A DNA stretch of 64,000 bases from Octopus vulgaris (GCA_951406725.2 OX597831.1:67084001-67148000); one strand, 5' to 3'. Shown: positions 25,488 to 36,562, counted from the stretch's first letter. Translations and numbers: made by a program. Notes: a model not told the origin generated them from the sequence alone.

Positions 25488-25544
<57 letters not shown>

Positions 25545-25580
25545 GTGTATATATATATGTGTATATGTATATATATACAC

Positions 25581-25611
<31 letters not shown>

Positions 25612-25674
25612 AACATATATATATATATGTATATATATGTATATATATGTATATATATATACACATATATACAT

Positions 25675-25713
<39 letters not shown>

Positions 25714-25719
25714 TATATA

Positions 25720-26357
25720 TATTTGTACACACACGCACACACATACATACACCCACTCCCACGCACACATTTGCATATATATATACATTACACTTACACA
25801 CACTTCAAATTTACTTGCCATACATACAACTACGCACACTGGACACACACACACTACAACTCAACACACACACGGCACGTACATACGCCCCCACCCATTC
25901 CCTCCTTCCTCCTTTTACCACTGACCACTGACTTGCGACTGCTATGTCAACTACTTTCGCCCTACGTACACACACTTACATACAGACGCACGCACTAACA
26001 TATACATATTTTTTTATCTCGCCTTACACACACGCACACGTACACACTCACACATACATACACATTATTCTTCCCATTCTTCGAGTTGTTACCAACCTTC
26101 CTTTTTCCGCTCTTTTGTCTTTAAAAACCAGCCCCTGTTATCCAAAACCTCCGGCCTTTCAGCATGTTTACTTCGTAAAAACCAGTCGCGTTTTTTTTCC
26201 CTCCGTTCGCCCACTTCGGGATCCTTCTTTCTTCCTTCTCTTATGTTTCCGACGAAGAGCTCCGCTCGAAACGTCATACCTTTTTCCTGAGCGTCTAATA
26301 ATAATACTTTAATTGTTCCACGTGTTGTTTTTTCTGTTTTCCCGTTTGGATTAACCT

Positions 26358-26358
<1 letters not shown>
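25720..26358 (+). mobile_element. PLE 3' UTR/pLTR fragment (CA-rich run then HHR-like motif)
   Basis: HHR-like gttt CCGACGA a gagc tcc gctc GAAA cg TC atac at 26245-26279, followed by the ctgagcgtc..taatac end motif shared with 8610, 44860 and 45510. Confidence 0.6.
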
Positions 26359-26388
<30 letters not shown>

Positions 26389-26774
26389 AAAGAGAGAGAG
26401 AGAGCCATGGGCGAGGGGATGAGAAAGAACTTTAGATGCTGTTTCTGCCCGACTGAGAATGAGAGAACGGCTTGAGGTTTTTTTATGCTGCATTTGCGGT
26501 CGAGAGTCGAGAAATGGCCACCACAAAAAGAGAGGTTGCTTGACAAGTTGGAATGGTATAACTCTGCAAGTGTGTCCTCCATTCCAATGTTGTTTTCTCA
26601 TAACTATGAAAAATGGATATTTTTAAATGAAATTTTCTACGAAACACGTTTCAGATGGTGTCATTTCGGATTATATCGTAATTTACTGTGGAAATTATTT
26701 TCGGATGTGGACGAGAAGAGTTTGGGATAATTCACATGCCTGAATTTTGTTTCGCCATAACTTTCACAAAGACG

Positions 26775-27195
26775 GGATCTTTTCGGTTTGAACGGCAGTT
26801 TTTTCTAGCGGTGTCATATGAAATTGTCACCCATAATTATGACCCTAGTATCGATCTATTGCATTTCAATCTGTTTTAGGGTTAGGGTTAGGGCTAGGGG
26901 TGGGGGAAGGATATCTTTTTTTCTTCCGAAATGTAAATGAACCCAATCTGTTTCTTAAACGAGGGACATATTTCATACGGCACAGAATGTTTTCACCTCA
27001 ATAGACATCACTGATTGGTTGAAATTGCAGAAATTGAAGAAAAAAACAACAAATATCTTACAAACTATAGAATTTTCTCAATAAAGCCAAGAGAAAAAGA
27101 TGTTTTATAAACACATTCTACCAGTATACGAAGTCTAAAATTTTTTAGTTACCTAGAAATTATGTTAAAAACTGCCATTCAAACTGAAAAGATCC
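26775..27195 (+). mobile_element. TTAGGG-bearing MITE with 8-bp TSD
   Basis: TSD caaagacg at 26767-26774 and 27196-27203. Confidence 0.92.
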
Positions 27196-27537
27196 CAAAG
27201 ACGAATATTTTCAATGAAAATTTTTGTAAATACCTTTCAGCCGGTGTATTCTGTAAATACTGTAACGACTGTGCGATGCAGGGTAACGAGAATGAGTCTT
27301 TAGTACATCACACGGTCGATACAATAAATATAAAAAGAATAATACATATAATGTGCTAGTGGGAAAAAGGGAGACACAACCGAGAAGAATGTTTAAGAGA
27401 AGATTTATTGATAGGTTAACATGTGTGGCTGTGTGTGCGTCATGTATACAGAATAATAGACAGGCCATCATGAGAACAAAGTTTATATGTAAAGGTATGG
27501 ATGTATGCGTGTGTGTTAAGTACATATAAGAACATAT

Positions 27538-27766
27538 TTCTTTATTACCCACAAGGGGCTAAACACAGAGGGGACAAGCAAGGACAGATAAACGGATTAA
27601 GTCGATTACATCGACCCCAGTGCATAACTGGTACTTATTTAATCGACCCCGAAAGGATGAAAAGCAAAGTCGACCTCGACGGAATTTGAACCCAGAACGT
27701 AACGGCAGACGAAATACGGCTACGCATCTCGTCCGGCGTGCTAACGTTTCTGCCAGCTCGCCGCCT
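27538..27766 (-). mobile_element. tRNA-derived SINE family 2 (Meta-like central domain)
   Basis: Head ggcggcgagctggcagaaacgttagc..gttcaaattcc, domain gtcgactttgcttttcatcctttcggggtcga, tail agccccttgtgggtaataaagaaat. Confidence 0.85.
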
Positions 27767-28347
27767 AAGTACATAAAAGAATAGCAATGAAGACGGAAAC
27801 AGTGAAAGAATCTATAATGAGAAGTTAGATGAACGTTCATAGACACAAGAATGACAAATACCAGTTTCTAGTCAATTGTACATGGTAATTGAAATACTGT
27901 ATCAAGAAGTTGTGGCCATGATGCTGAGCCAGTTGCGGTACATGTCATACGTGAAGTTGTGGCTGTAATGTTACTGCTTGGGTCACTTGGTACAGGAGTT
28001 TTTGCAGGTTGTGTATTCGCTGTTGATCCATAGTGAAGTAATTCACGAACAATGCTTTGTGGATTACTGGGTGGATTACTTGTTGAGCTGTGTACCTAGA
28101 GATGATGCTGATGACGTTAAGAAGATGATGGTAGTGACGAAGACGGAGGTTGCCGTAATGCTGTTGGACGGGTATTGTCGTCTGGCGTTGTCGCTAGAAC
28201 TGGCTGTGTTTTGTGTGGTCAGTGGCTAGACCTTAAAAGGTCTGAGACCAAAGTTATTCTTTTTTTCCCCCAAGGGGTAATCATAAAGGGGACAACACAA
28301 AGCATGTGGTGACAAAAAAACCCCAAAACAAATGAAAGAAAACATAT

Positions 28348-28760
28348 CTATGTTTAGCCCCTTGTGGGTAGTAAAGAAATAGGTATTTCGTTTGCCGCTT
28401 ACGTTCTGAATTCAAATTCCGCCGAGGTCGACTTTGCCTTTCATCCTTTCGGGGTCGATTAAATAAGTACCTGCTATGCACTGGGGTCGATATAATCGAC
28501 TTAATCTGTTTGTCTGTCCTTGTTTGATCTCTCTGTGTTTAGCCCCTTGTGGGTAGTAAAGAAATAGGTATATCGTCTGCCGTTACGATCTGAGTTCAAA
28601 TTCCGCAGAGGTCGACTTTGCTTTTCATCCTTTTGGGGTCGATTAAATAAGTACCATTTACGCACTGGAGTCGATGTAAGCGACTTAATATCTTTGTCCT
28701 TGTTTGTCCCTTCTATTTTCTTTATTTCTTTATTACCCTTGAGGGAAATAAAGAAATAAA
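28348..28760 (+). mobile_element. SINE family 2, tandem partial copies
   Basis: Repeated central domain and tail joined by gaaataggtatttcg. Confidence 0.85.
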
Positions 28761-29129
28761 TACGTCCACCCACTGCAAATCTTCACTAAACACATACACA
28801 GGTTGAAAGCGGGAAAGCGGACTTTGTATATATATTTAGCTATGTACCTTTCGTTAGTTAAGTACAGGATACGGTAGTAGTTTTAGTTACTTTTAGTTTT
28901 ATTGGATTAAATCCTCTGCTTTGGCAAAGTAAATGTCATGGGTACAATGTATGTATGTATGTATGTATGTATGTATGTATGTATGTATGTATGTATGTAT
29001 GTATGTATGTATGTATGTATGTGTGTGTGTGTGTATGTATGTAAGTATGTATGTATGTATGTATGCATTCATGCATGAATGTACGCATGCATCATTGCAT
29101 GCATGTATGTATGTATGTATATATGTATG

Positions 29130-30165
29130 TCATTTTCCAGTTTCATTTTAAAATTTCTTGCCATTAGAGAAAGAACTGGTTTCTAACCTAAATCCAAGGC
29201 TCTGTCATTGAAATTTCAACAACATCAACAGAGTATTTTTGTATGTATGAATTTATATGTGCAGATTTGTATGTTTTGTTTTATATACTTGCATGTCTAG
29301 ACATGCTCATATGTACTTAAAAGATAAGTGTTTGGAAAGTTTTACAAATTTTTACAGTTCCAATGATGGCTTGGATCTGTAGTCTTTGAATCAACTTTCT
29401 CCTTCCTGGTTTTGAAAAGCCTAATTTCTCAAGATTGGTACTTAGGCAGTGTGTTACATATTCCAGTGCCCCAATAATCACAGTTATAAACCTGAACTTG
29501 TAATCTGGATAGATTAACTGCAGATTTCTCAATAGTTCAGTGTAGGTATTCTCTTTTTCCCTGATCGAAGGCTTTATGTTAGCATCTACTGGGCAGCTAA
29601 TTTCCACAACTGTACACAGTTTCTCTTCTCTATCCCAAATCATTATATCAGGTCGGTTGTGCTTAAGCTTAATTGAGGTCTTCACTAGGACATTCCACCA
29701 GTATTCCTTTTTATTATGAGTGGCTACGGCCTCTACCATACTGTGGGTTCTTATTTCTTTGTCCTCAGGGTTATCCTTCCGACGGATCTCATTATACAGT
29801 GTTCTAGCTACAATATCATGTCTCATTGGCAGATAATACCATGATGACATTTTCGGGCGAGTGCTTATGATGCGGGTGATATCTTCGGCGTTAACTCCCC
29901 AAAGACTACATCGGTTATCGTATATTGCTGCTTTCCTGCGTGGCTGTCCCTTTTGTGCATCAGGTATTTGGTTGATATTTCCTGTTCGTAGATGGCAAAT
30001 GTATACCCTTCAAAGTAGAAATTAGTAATCTAGTTGTTGGTGCATAATAGACTGCTTTGATGATCCGTGTTGCTCTCATCCCAGATGGTCTTCTGCTGAT
30101 ATACGCTCATTTTTTCATCTGACGATACATTGCAGTAAAGTCATGTGACTTCTTTGGGCATGTAT
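29130..30165 (-). pseudogene. 3' fragment of an RLE-type (R4/Dong-like) non-LTR retrotransposon ending in (CATA)n
   Basis: RHDIVAR, RPDIMIWDREEKLCTVVEISCP (PD-(D/E)xK endonuclease), IIGALE and IQAIIGTVKI. The 3' UTR abuts the TATG microsatellite. Confidence 0.88.
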
Positions 30166-30169
30166 TTAT

Positions 30170-30480
30170 GGTTACTTTGCCTTTCATCCTTTCAGGGTCG
30201 ATTAAATAAGTACCAGTTATAATCGACTTAATCTGTTTGTCTGTCCTTGTTTGTCCTCTCTGTGTTTAGCCCCTTGTGAGTAGTAAAGAAATAGGTGTTT
30301 CGTCTGCCGTTATGGTCTGAGTTCAAATTCCGCAGGGGCCGACTTTGCCTTTCATCCTTTTGGGGTCGATTAAATAAGTACCAGTTACGCACTGGGGTCG
30401 ATGTAATCGACTTAATATATTTGTCTGTCCTTGTTGTCCCTTCTATTTTCTTTATTACCCTTGAGGGAAATAAAGAAATA
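30170..30480 (+). mobile_element. SINE family 2 tandem copies (duplicate of 28436-28760)
   Basis: Shares diagnostic variants and unique 3' flank with the 28.4-28.8 kb copy. Confidence 0.8.
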
Positions 30481-30652
30481 AATACGTCCACCCACTGCAA
30501 ATCTTCACTTAACACATACACAGGTTGAAAGTGGGAAAGCGGACTGATTAAAATTCAAAAATTATTCAGATGGTTTTGGATTGATCAATTTCCGGATTAG
30601 TTTAATCACTTTTCCTTCGTCAGCAAAACATAGTGTATTTGTATCCTACACG

Positions 30653-30696
<44 letters not shown>

Positions 30697-30771
30697 ACCT
30701 AGACGTTTATTATTTATACGCTGGCCACTGAAAAAATTCATTAATTTTAATGATTTATCCTTTAATTATAT

Positions 30772-30803
<32 letters not shown>

Positions 30804-30807
<4 letters not shown>

Positions 30808-31130
30808 AGAATTCACGAAAAAAACAAAACACGAAGACAGGTGGTGTAGAAAACAAACAGATGTATTAGCATAACGTTCAGGAATAGAAAAAGTCTTTTA
30901 CGTTTCGAGCCTACGCTCTTCTACAGAAAGAGACACAGAAAGAAACAAGGAGAGAAAAAAATGTGTGTAGTGGCTACCGATCTATCATGGCGACTGCCGG
31001 ACAGAAGGGTCACACAGGAGAGCGAAGAAGTAGGGGAGATAACAAAGTAAAGATGATCCACAAAACGAAGGTGCGTGTGTGTGTAAGAGAGTACGTATGT
31101 GCGTGTGAAAGAGGGCTGGTGGTCTTGACG
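30804..31130 (-). mobile_element. Short PLE pLTR-type element with A6U HHR-like motif (30894-30931)
   Basis: Minus strand: tcttt CTGTAGA a gagc gtag gctc GAAA cg TA aaaga. Ends in (TA)n. Confidence 0.7.
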
Positions 31131-31272
31131 GAAAGCATGAGGCGAGAGTTGAGTTTGTCCGTTTTAGATGACAGGGCAAACGTAAGAGGCTTGTGATCAG
31201 TATAGACCACAAAATCTCGACCTTCGAGTTGATGCTGAAAATGACGAACCGATAGATAGACCGCTAGGAGCT
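31130..31272 (-). pseudogene. Ty3/gypsy RNase H fragment
   Basis: ELLAVYLSVRHFQHQLEGRDFVVYTDHKPLTFAL. Confidence 0.85.
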
Positions 31273-31274
31273 CA

Positions 31275-31338
31275 CGATCACGTGAACACACCAGCATCGA
31301 TTGTCAAGTGATATTGAGGGGACAAACACATATACATA

Positions 31339-31391
<53 letters not shown>

Positions 31392-31403
31392 TAATACATC
31401 GTT

Positions 31404-31436
<33 letters not shown>

Positions 31437-31488
31437 TAATACATGTTTGTTTTGTACACCACGTCTTCATCTTTTGTTTTTTCGTAAA

Positions 31489-31549
<61 letters not shown>

Positions 31550-31682
31550 CGATGAGCTTCTTTCAGTTTCCGTCTACCAAATCTACTCACAAGGCTTTGG
31601 TCAGCTTGAGGCTATAGTAGAAGACACTTGCCCAAGATGCCACACAGTGGGACTGAACGTGGAACCATGTGGTTGGTAAGCA
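31275..31682 (-). mobile_element. SINE family 1, partial, with nested pLTR 3'-end fragments in its TA tract
   Basis: Family 1 motifs. ctaatacat.gtttg..ttcgtaaact at 31390-31490 resembles the end of the 8484-8690 family. Confidence 0.7.
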
Positions 31683-32143
31683 TGCTATTTCCTACACACC
31701 CACTTGGACATTAAAAAAATGTATTGTAAATAGACAAAGGACAGGTAAAAAATGTTACTCGGTGTACAACAAGACGGGGAACAGACACAAAAAGTCCCTA
31801 ATTCTTCGTCAGTTATCAACCAGATGTTATTATTCAGATTCAGTTTCACGTTGATATCTGATGAAGAATTAGTAACGCAGCCCGGCTTTTATTAACAGTA
31901 GATTATTTACATATATATATATATAATAAATTAATAAATAAAACATATGCATATATACATACATATATGTACGTACCTACCTCTACATGTATATATACAT
32001 GCATTTATGAGTACAGGACACCAAAAAAAAAAAAAACGTCGAACACAATGAGAAACGAAAACATAAACACAAAACCAAGGAACTAGACATTTTTCATAAA
32101 CAACGAAAAAATAGAGTACAGGACAAATAACATAAAGAAAATT

Positions 32144-32204
32144 CCCCTTCTTCAGTCGCCATGGTTTCATCTACTCTGCGTTTCGAAGGTGAAGGCGATA
32201 CGCA
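32144..32204 (-). ncRNA. Candidate non-circularly permuted hammerhead ribozyme
   Basis: Minus strand: tgcg TA tcgcc ttca ccttc GAAA cgca gagtagatgaaaccat ggcga CTGAAGA a gggg. Confidence 0.65.
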
Positions 32205-32311
32205 TCTTCAATTGAAACTTTCCTTCCCGCGAAAAGCAAATTAAATAAAATTTGAGATCTTTTTGCGGAGGGGTAAAAACAGGACAGTGACGACGGTATA
32301 TATATATTATC

Positions 32312-32972
32312 AATACACAACTATGAAAGAGAATCCACTATGTGGACACTCTTACGCTAGATATAGATCCGCAAAGGGACTCAACCACTAAGAATTGTTC
32401 TCAAGAAATAATTTGGCACACCAAGAACGTAAGCGAGCAGGACAAATGAAAAATAACGAAAATATAGATTAACCCCATACAATTGTTTCACCGTTAATAA
32501 CTTATGTAATTTTACTTACATAAATATCCTTGGATTGAATGTAACTGTGAATATAATCGGCCGAATTGCTCGGGTCTCTGACCTCGTGTTAATATACAGC
32601 GTGCAGTTCGACAAATTATATTTTATGACGTACTCCACCGATGATCCGATGATATTTATGTAAGTAAAATTACATAATTTATTAACGGTGAAACAATTGT
32701 ATGGGGTTAATCTATATTTTCGTTATTTTTCATTTGTCCTGCTCGATTACGTTCTTAGTATACTAAAATTTTTTCTTGAGAACAATTCTTAGTGGTTGAG
32801 TCCCTTTGCGGATCTATATCTAGCACAAGAGCGTCCACATAGTGGATTCTCTCTCATATTTGTGTATTAATATTTACTGAATCTCAGTCTTTTATGCGCT
32901 AAGCCACTGGTGTTTAAATTGATGTTATTAAATTAATATCCAACTTTTTCACCCTCTTTTTGACTTTAATTT

Positions 32973-32975
<3 letters not shown>
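32312..32975 (+). mobile_element. PLE pLTR-type inverted insertion in (TA)n
   Basis: ~215-bp diverged inverted arms at 32312-32528 and 32651-32868. The sense arm has an extra tail. Confidence 0.75.
32633..32706 (+). ncRNA. Type I hammerhead, U4C core, long AU-rich stem II
   Basis: ctcca CCGATGA tccg...tatgtaa gtaaaa ttacata...cggt GAAA caattg TA tgggg. Confidence 0.68.
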
Positions 32976-33053
<78 letters not shown>

Positions 33054-33309
33054 ATATATAGATATATATATATATACATATACATACATACACACACATG
33101 TATATATATTATATTATGTAGTAATAATTATATATATATATATTATGTATATATGTGTATATTTAGGGCTAAAACCACACATGTATTGAAATTTTTTCTG
33201 ATTTTTCAGATTTTTTATATGCTGGGCTACTGGTTTTAAATTGATATTAATTAAATCAATATTCAATTTATCTCCCTCATTATTTATATATTATATATAT
33301 ATATATATA

Positions 33310-33485
33310 ATGATGCTGGTGTGTTTACGTCCCCGTCACTTACCGGTTCGACAAAAGAGACAGATAGAATAAGTACTGGGCTTACAAAGAATAAGTCCCG
33401 GGGTCGATTTGCTCGACTAAAGGCGGTGCTCTAGCATGGCCGCAGTCAAATGACTGAAACAAGTAAAAGAGTAAAGAGTAAGAGT
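33310..33485 (+). mobile_element. SINE family 1, 3' half
   Basis: Tail motif present. Confidence 0.8.
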
Positions 33486-33552
33486 ATATATATGGGACAA
33501 GAACGCAAAACATCCAGATAGACGATACAAAAAACACGGACGGGTCATTCGA

Positions 33553-33618
33553 AGCCTTTAATCTTCAGTCAAGAACCGGATCATCCTCGCAATTTCGGCT
33601 GATTAATCTTGAGCTTGC
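33553..33618 (-). ncRNA. Candidate non-circularly permuted hammerhead (cleavage-site U replaced by G in this copy)
   Basis: Minus strand: gcaa GC tcaaga ttaatc agcc GAAA ttgc gaggatgatccggt tcttga CTGAAGA ttaaa ggct. Confidence 0.55.
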
Positions 33619-33637
33619 TCCAATCTGGCCAGCCCCA

Positions 33638-33795
33638 GCTTCTTTCAGTTTCCGTCTACCAAGTCCACTCACAAGGCTTTGGTTTGCTGTGGCTATAGCA
33701 GAAGACACTTGCCCTAGGTTCCACGCGGTGGGACGGAACCCAGAACCTTGTGGTTGGAAAGCAAACTTCTTACCACACAGCCACGCCTGTGCCTA
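33638..33795 (-). mobile_element. SINE family 1, 5' half
   Basis: tRNA-like head and CORE-like accttgggcaagtgtctt motif. Confidence 0.8.
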
Positions 33796-34399
33796 ATCTA
33801 ATTTTCTGTGTCATTAGCACATAATTATTTTGTGTCTCGACGTCCAGGTTTATAAACCTTATTTCATTCATTCCTGGGCCTCTACTTGATCGAACTGACA
33901 AGCAGGACCAAATAACCACGTCAAGAGACTATGGTTGACTCATACCAACATTAATTTCTTTTTAAGCTGCAAGTTAATCAATTTTGACTGACGCATGTAA
34001 CGGGAAAAATTCTAGGAATAGTTCTGAAATCGCTTATTCCAATTCTTATTATAGGGAAATTATTATTATTAGTGTTGTTTTTGATCGTTCAGTTTATATA
34101 TGCGTGCGTGTATGTGTGTGTGTGTGTGAATAGCCTTAAATCACCAAAAGGCAACAAAGAAACAAAAACAAACCAACTAACAACGAGCTGAACCTGATGG
34201 TTGGGACATTCTATAGAAATGAAACATACTTTCACAGGCTTAACGCCGTAACTGACGTGTGACTCTATCTACCGTGTTGAAAGGCCGACCTCAAGACTGA
34301 TCGTCATGTTTTGACCCGGCGTCAATTGGTTTAGGTGCCATATTTAATTAGACGAAAGTCTTAGTGTCTTTCTGCAATGGTTCAGGGGACGGAGCCAAG

Positions 34400-34414
34400 G
34401 CAACAACAACAACA

Positions 34415-34504
<90 letters not shown>

Positions 34505-34508
34505 ACTA

Positions 34509-34540
<32 letters not shown>

Positions 34541-34566
34541 ACTACTACTACTACTACTACTACTAT

Positions 34567-34604
<38 letters not shown>

Positions 34605-34618
34605 TTACTACCACCACC

Positions 34619-34652
<34 letters not shown>

Positions 34653-34653
34653 T

Positions 34654-34685
<32 letters not shown>

Positions 34686-34711
34686 TTACTACCACCACCA
34701 CCACCACCACC

Positions 34712-34745
<34 letters not shown>

Positions 34746-34825
34746 ACACCACCACCACCACCACCACCACTACTACTACTACTACCACCACCACCACCAC
34801 CACCACCACCACCACCACCACCACC

Positions 34826-34884
<59 letters not shown>

Positions 34885-34900
34885 CACCACCACCACCACC

Positions 34901-34941
<41 letters not shown>

Positions 34942-35010
34942 CACCACCACCACCACCACTACTACTACTACTACAACTACTACTACTACAACAACTACTA
35001 CTACTACTAG
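34400..35010. repeat. Compound trinucleotide array (CTA/CCA/CTG/CAA)n
   Basis: About 610 bp of in-phase trinucleotides. Confidence 0.95.
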
Positions 35011-35062
35011 TGGTTGTGGCGGTGGCACTTTGTAAGCGATTACTATTGCTGCTTTGTCTAAG

Positions 35063-35707
35063 GGCGGCGAGCTGGCAGAATCGTTTGTTTGCACACCGAC
35101 AAAAACCTTGGCGGTATTTCGTCCATCTTTACGTTTCGAGTTCGAATTCCGCCGACGTTGACTTTGCCTTTCATCCTTTCGGGGTCGATAAATTAAGTAC
35201 CAGTGAAAGACTGGGGTCGATGTAATCGACTATACTCCTCGACCAAATTTCAGGCTTTGTGCCTATACGTTAGCACGCTGGGCGAAATGCGTAGCCGTAA
35301 TTCGTCTGCCGTTGTCACCCATAATTATGACCCTAGTATCGATCTATTGCATTTCAATCTGTTTTAGGGTTAGGGTTAGAGTTAGGGTTAGTTAGGGTTA
35401 GGGTTAGGGTTAGGGTTAAGGGTGGGGGAAGGGTATCTTTTTTTTCTTCACAAATATAAATAAACCCAATCTGTTTCTTAAACGAGGGACATATTCATAC
35501 GGCACAGAATGTTTTCACCTCAATAGACGGTCATTGATTGGTTGAAATTGCAGAAATTGAAGGAAAAAAATAACAAATATCTTACAAATATAGAATTTTC
35601 TCAATAAAGCCAAGAGAAAAAGATGTTTTATAAACACATTCTACCAGTATACGAAGTTTAACATTTTTTAGTTACCTAGAAATTATGTTAAAAACTGCCG
35701 TTCAAAC
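35063..35707 (+). mobile_element. SINE family 2 fused to a left-truncated TTAGGG MITE
   Basis: SINE head ...cgtctgccgt joined directly to MITE tgtcacccataatt. About 9 TTAGGG-like units. Confidence 0.8.
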
Positions 35708-36562
35708 GTTCAAAAGATTATAATTATTAGTAGTAATTGTAGTAGAAATTGTGGTAGGATTAGTGATGGTAGTGGTTGTTGTGGTGATGGTTGTTGTGGT
35801 GATGGTTGTTATGATGATGGTTGTGCTGATAGTAGTAGCAGTAGTAGAAGAAGAAGAATTTGCTGACATTTTGGTTGTTGATGTGTTTTGGTAACAAAGA
35901 CGGAGTAGGGGAGGAGCCGAGTGTGCTGTTGTGGTGGTAGTGGTGGTAGTGGTGGAACAGTGAAATGTTGCTGCCAATCCATCTAAATAAACAACGTGTG
36001 AATCAAGTTGTTTTTGTTGAAGCTGGGAAATGACTGACCGTTAGATTTTGCTTCTACAATCACTATTTCACTTAATCTCCACCGCCGCTGCGGCCATCAC
36101 CATCGGCACCACCACCGCCACCACCACCGCCACTACCAACAACACTAATGGAAAAAACGATCTCAAATAAATTTCTGACGGCTGTGGTCAAAAAGCCAAT
36201 CTAAAACGAGCAGTGGTGGTGGTGGTGGGAATGCTCAGGAGAAAGTGCTGTTAGTTAAGAAGAACCTTAATAATTCTCAGAGTTTCGAAAAATGTCATTA
36301 GTAAAATAATCTATGATAAAAATCTTTAAAACTAAACTCGGAACCAATCGCAATCCTTTGTATTTTAGATAAATATTTATGAATTTATTTGCCAGACCGC
36401 CATTCGCCGCTTTGGCTTTTCAAATTCTTCCCATGGAGATCGTTCTTCAATTCTAATTATTTAATATAGGTAATTAAATTCAAATTAAAACATGAACTAG
36501 AGTAAGCGATTATATATATTTTTTCAAATACAAGAAAGGAGTAAAAAAGATTTTGCAATTAA

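Larger units (their letters stand above)
20441..25490 (+). mobile_element. PLE-derived element X: ~1.05-kb inverted 5' arm plus a sense 3' arm interrupted by a second PLE
   Basis: 20441-21496 is the reverse complement of 21862-22460 joined to 24955-25420. The sense arm carries ~70 nt of extra tail. Both ends lie in (TA)n. Confidence 0.8.

Noticed and set aside
34348-35225. Poly-V, poly-T and poly-L/P ORFs
   Set aside because: Artefacts of the trinucleotide array.
35364-35425. Telomere or chromosome-fusion scar
   Set aside because: The TTAGGG units lie at the fixed internal position of the MITE family.
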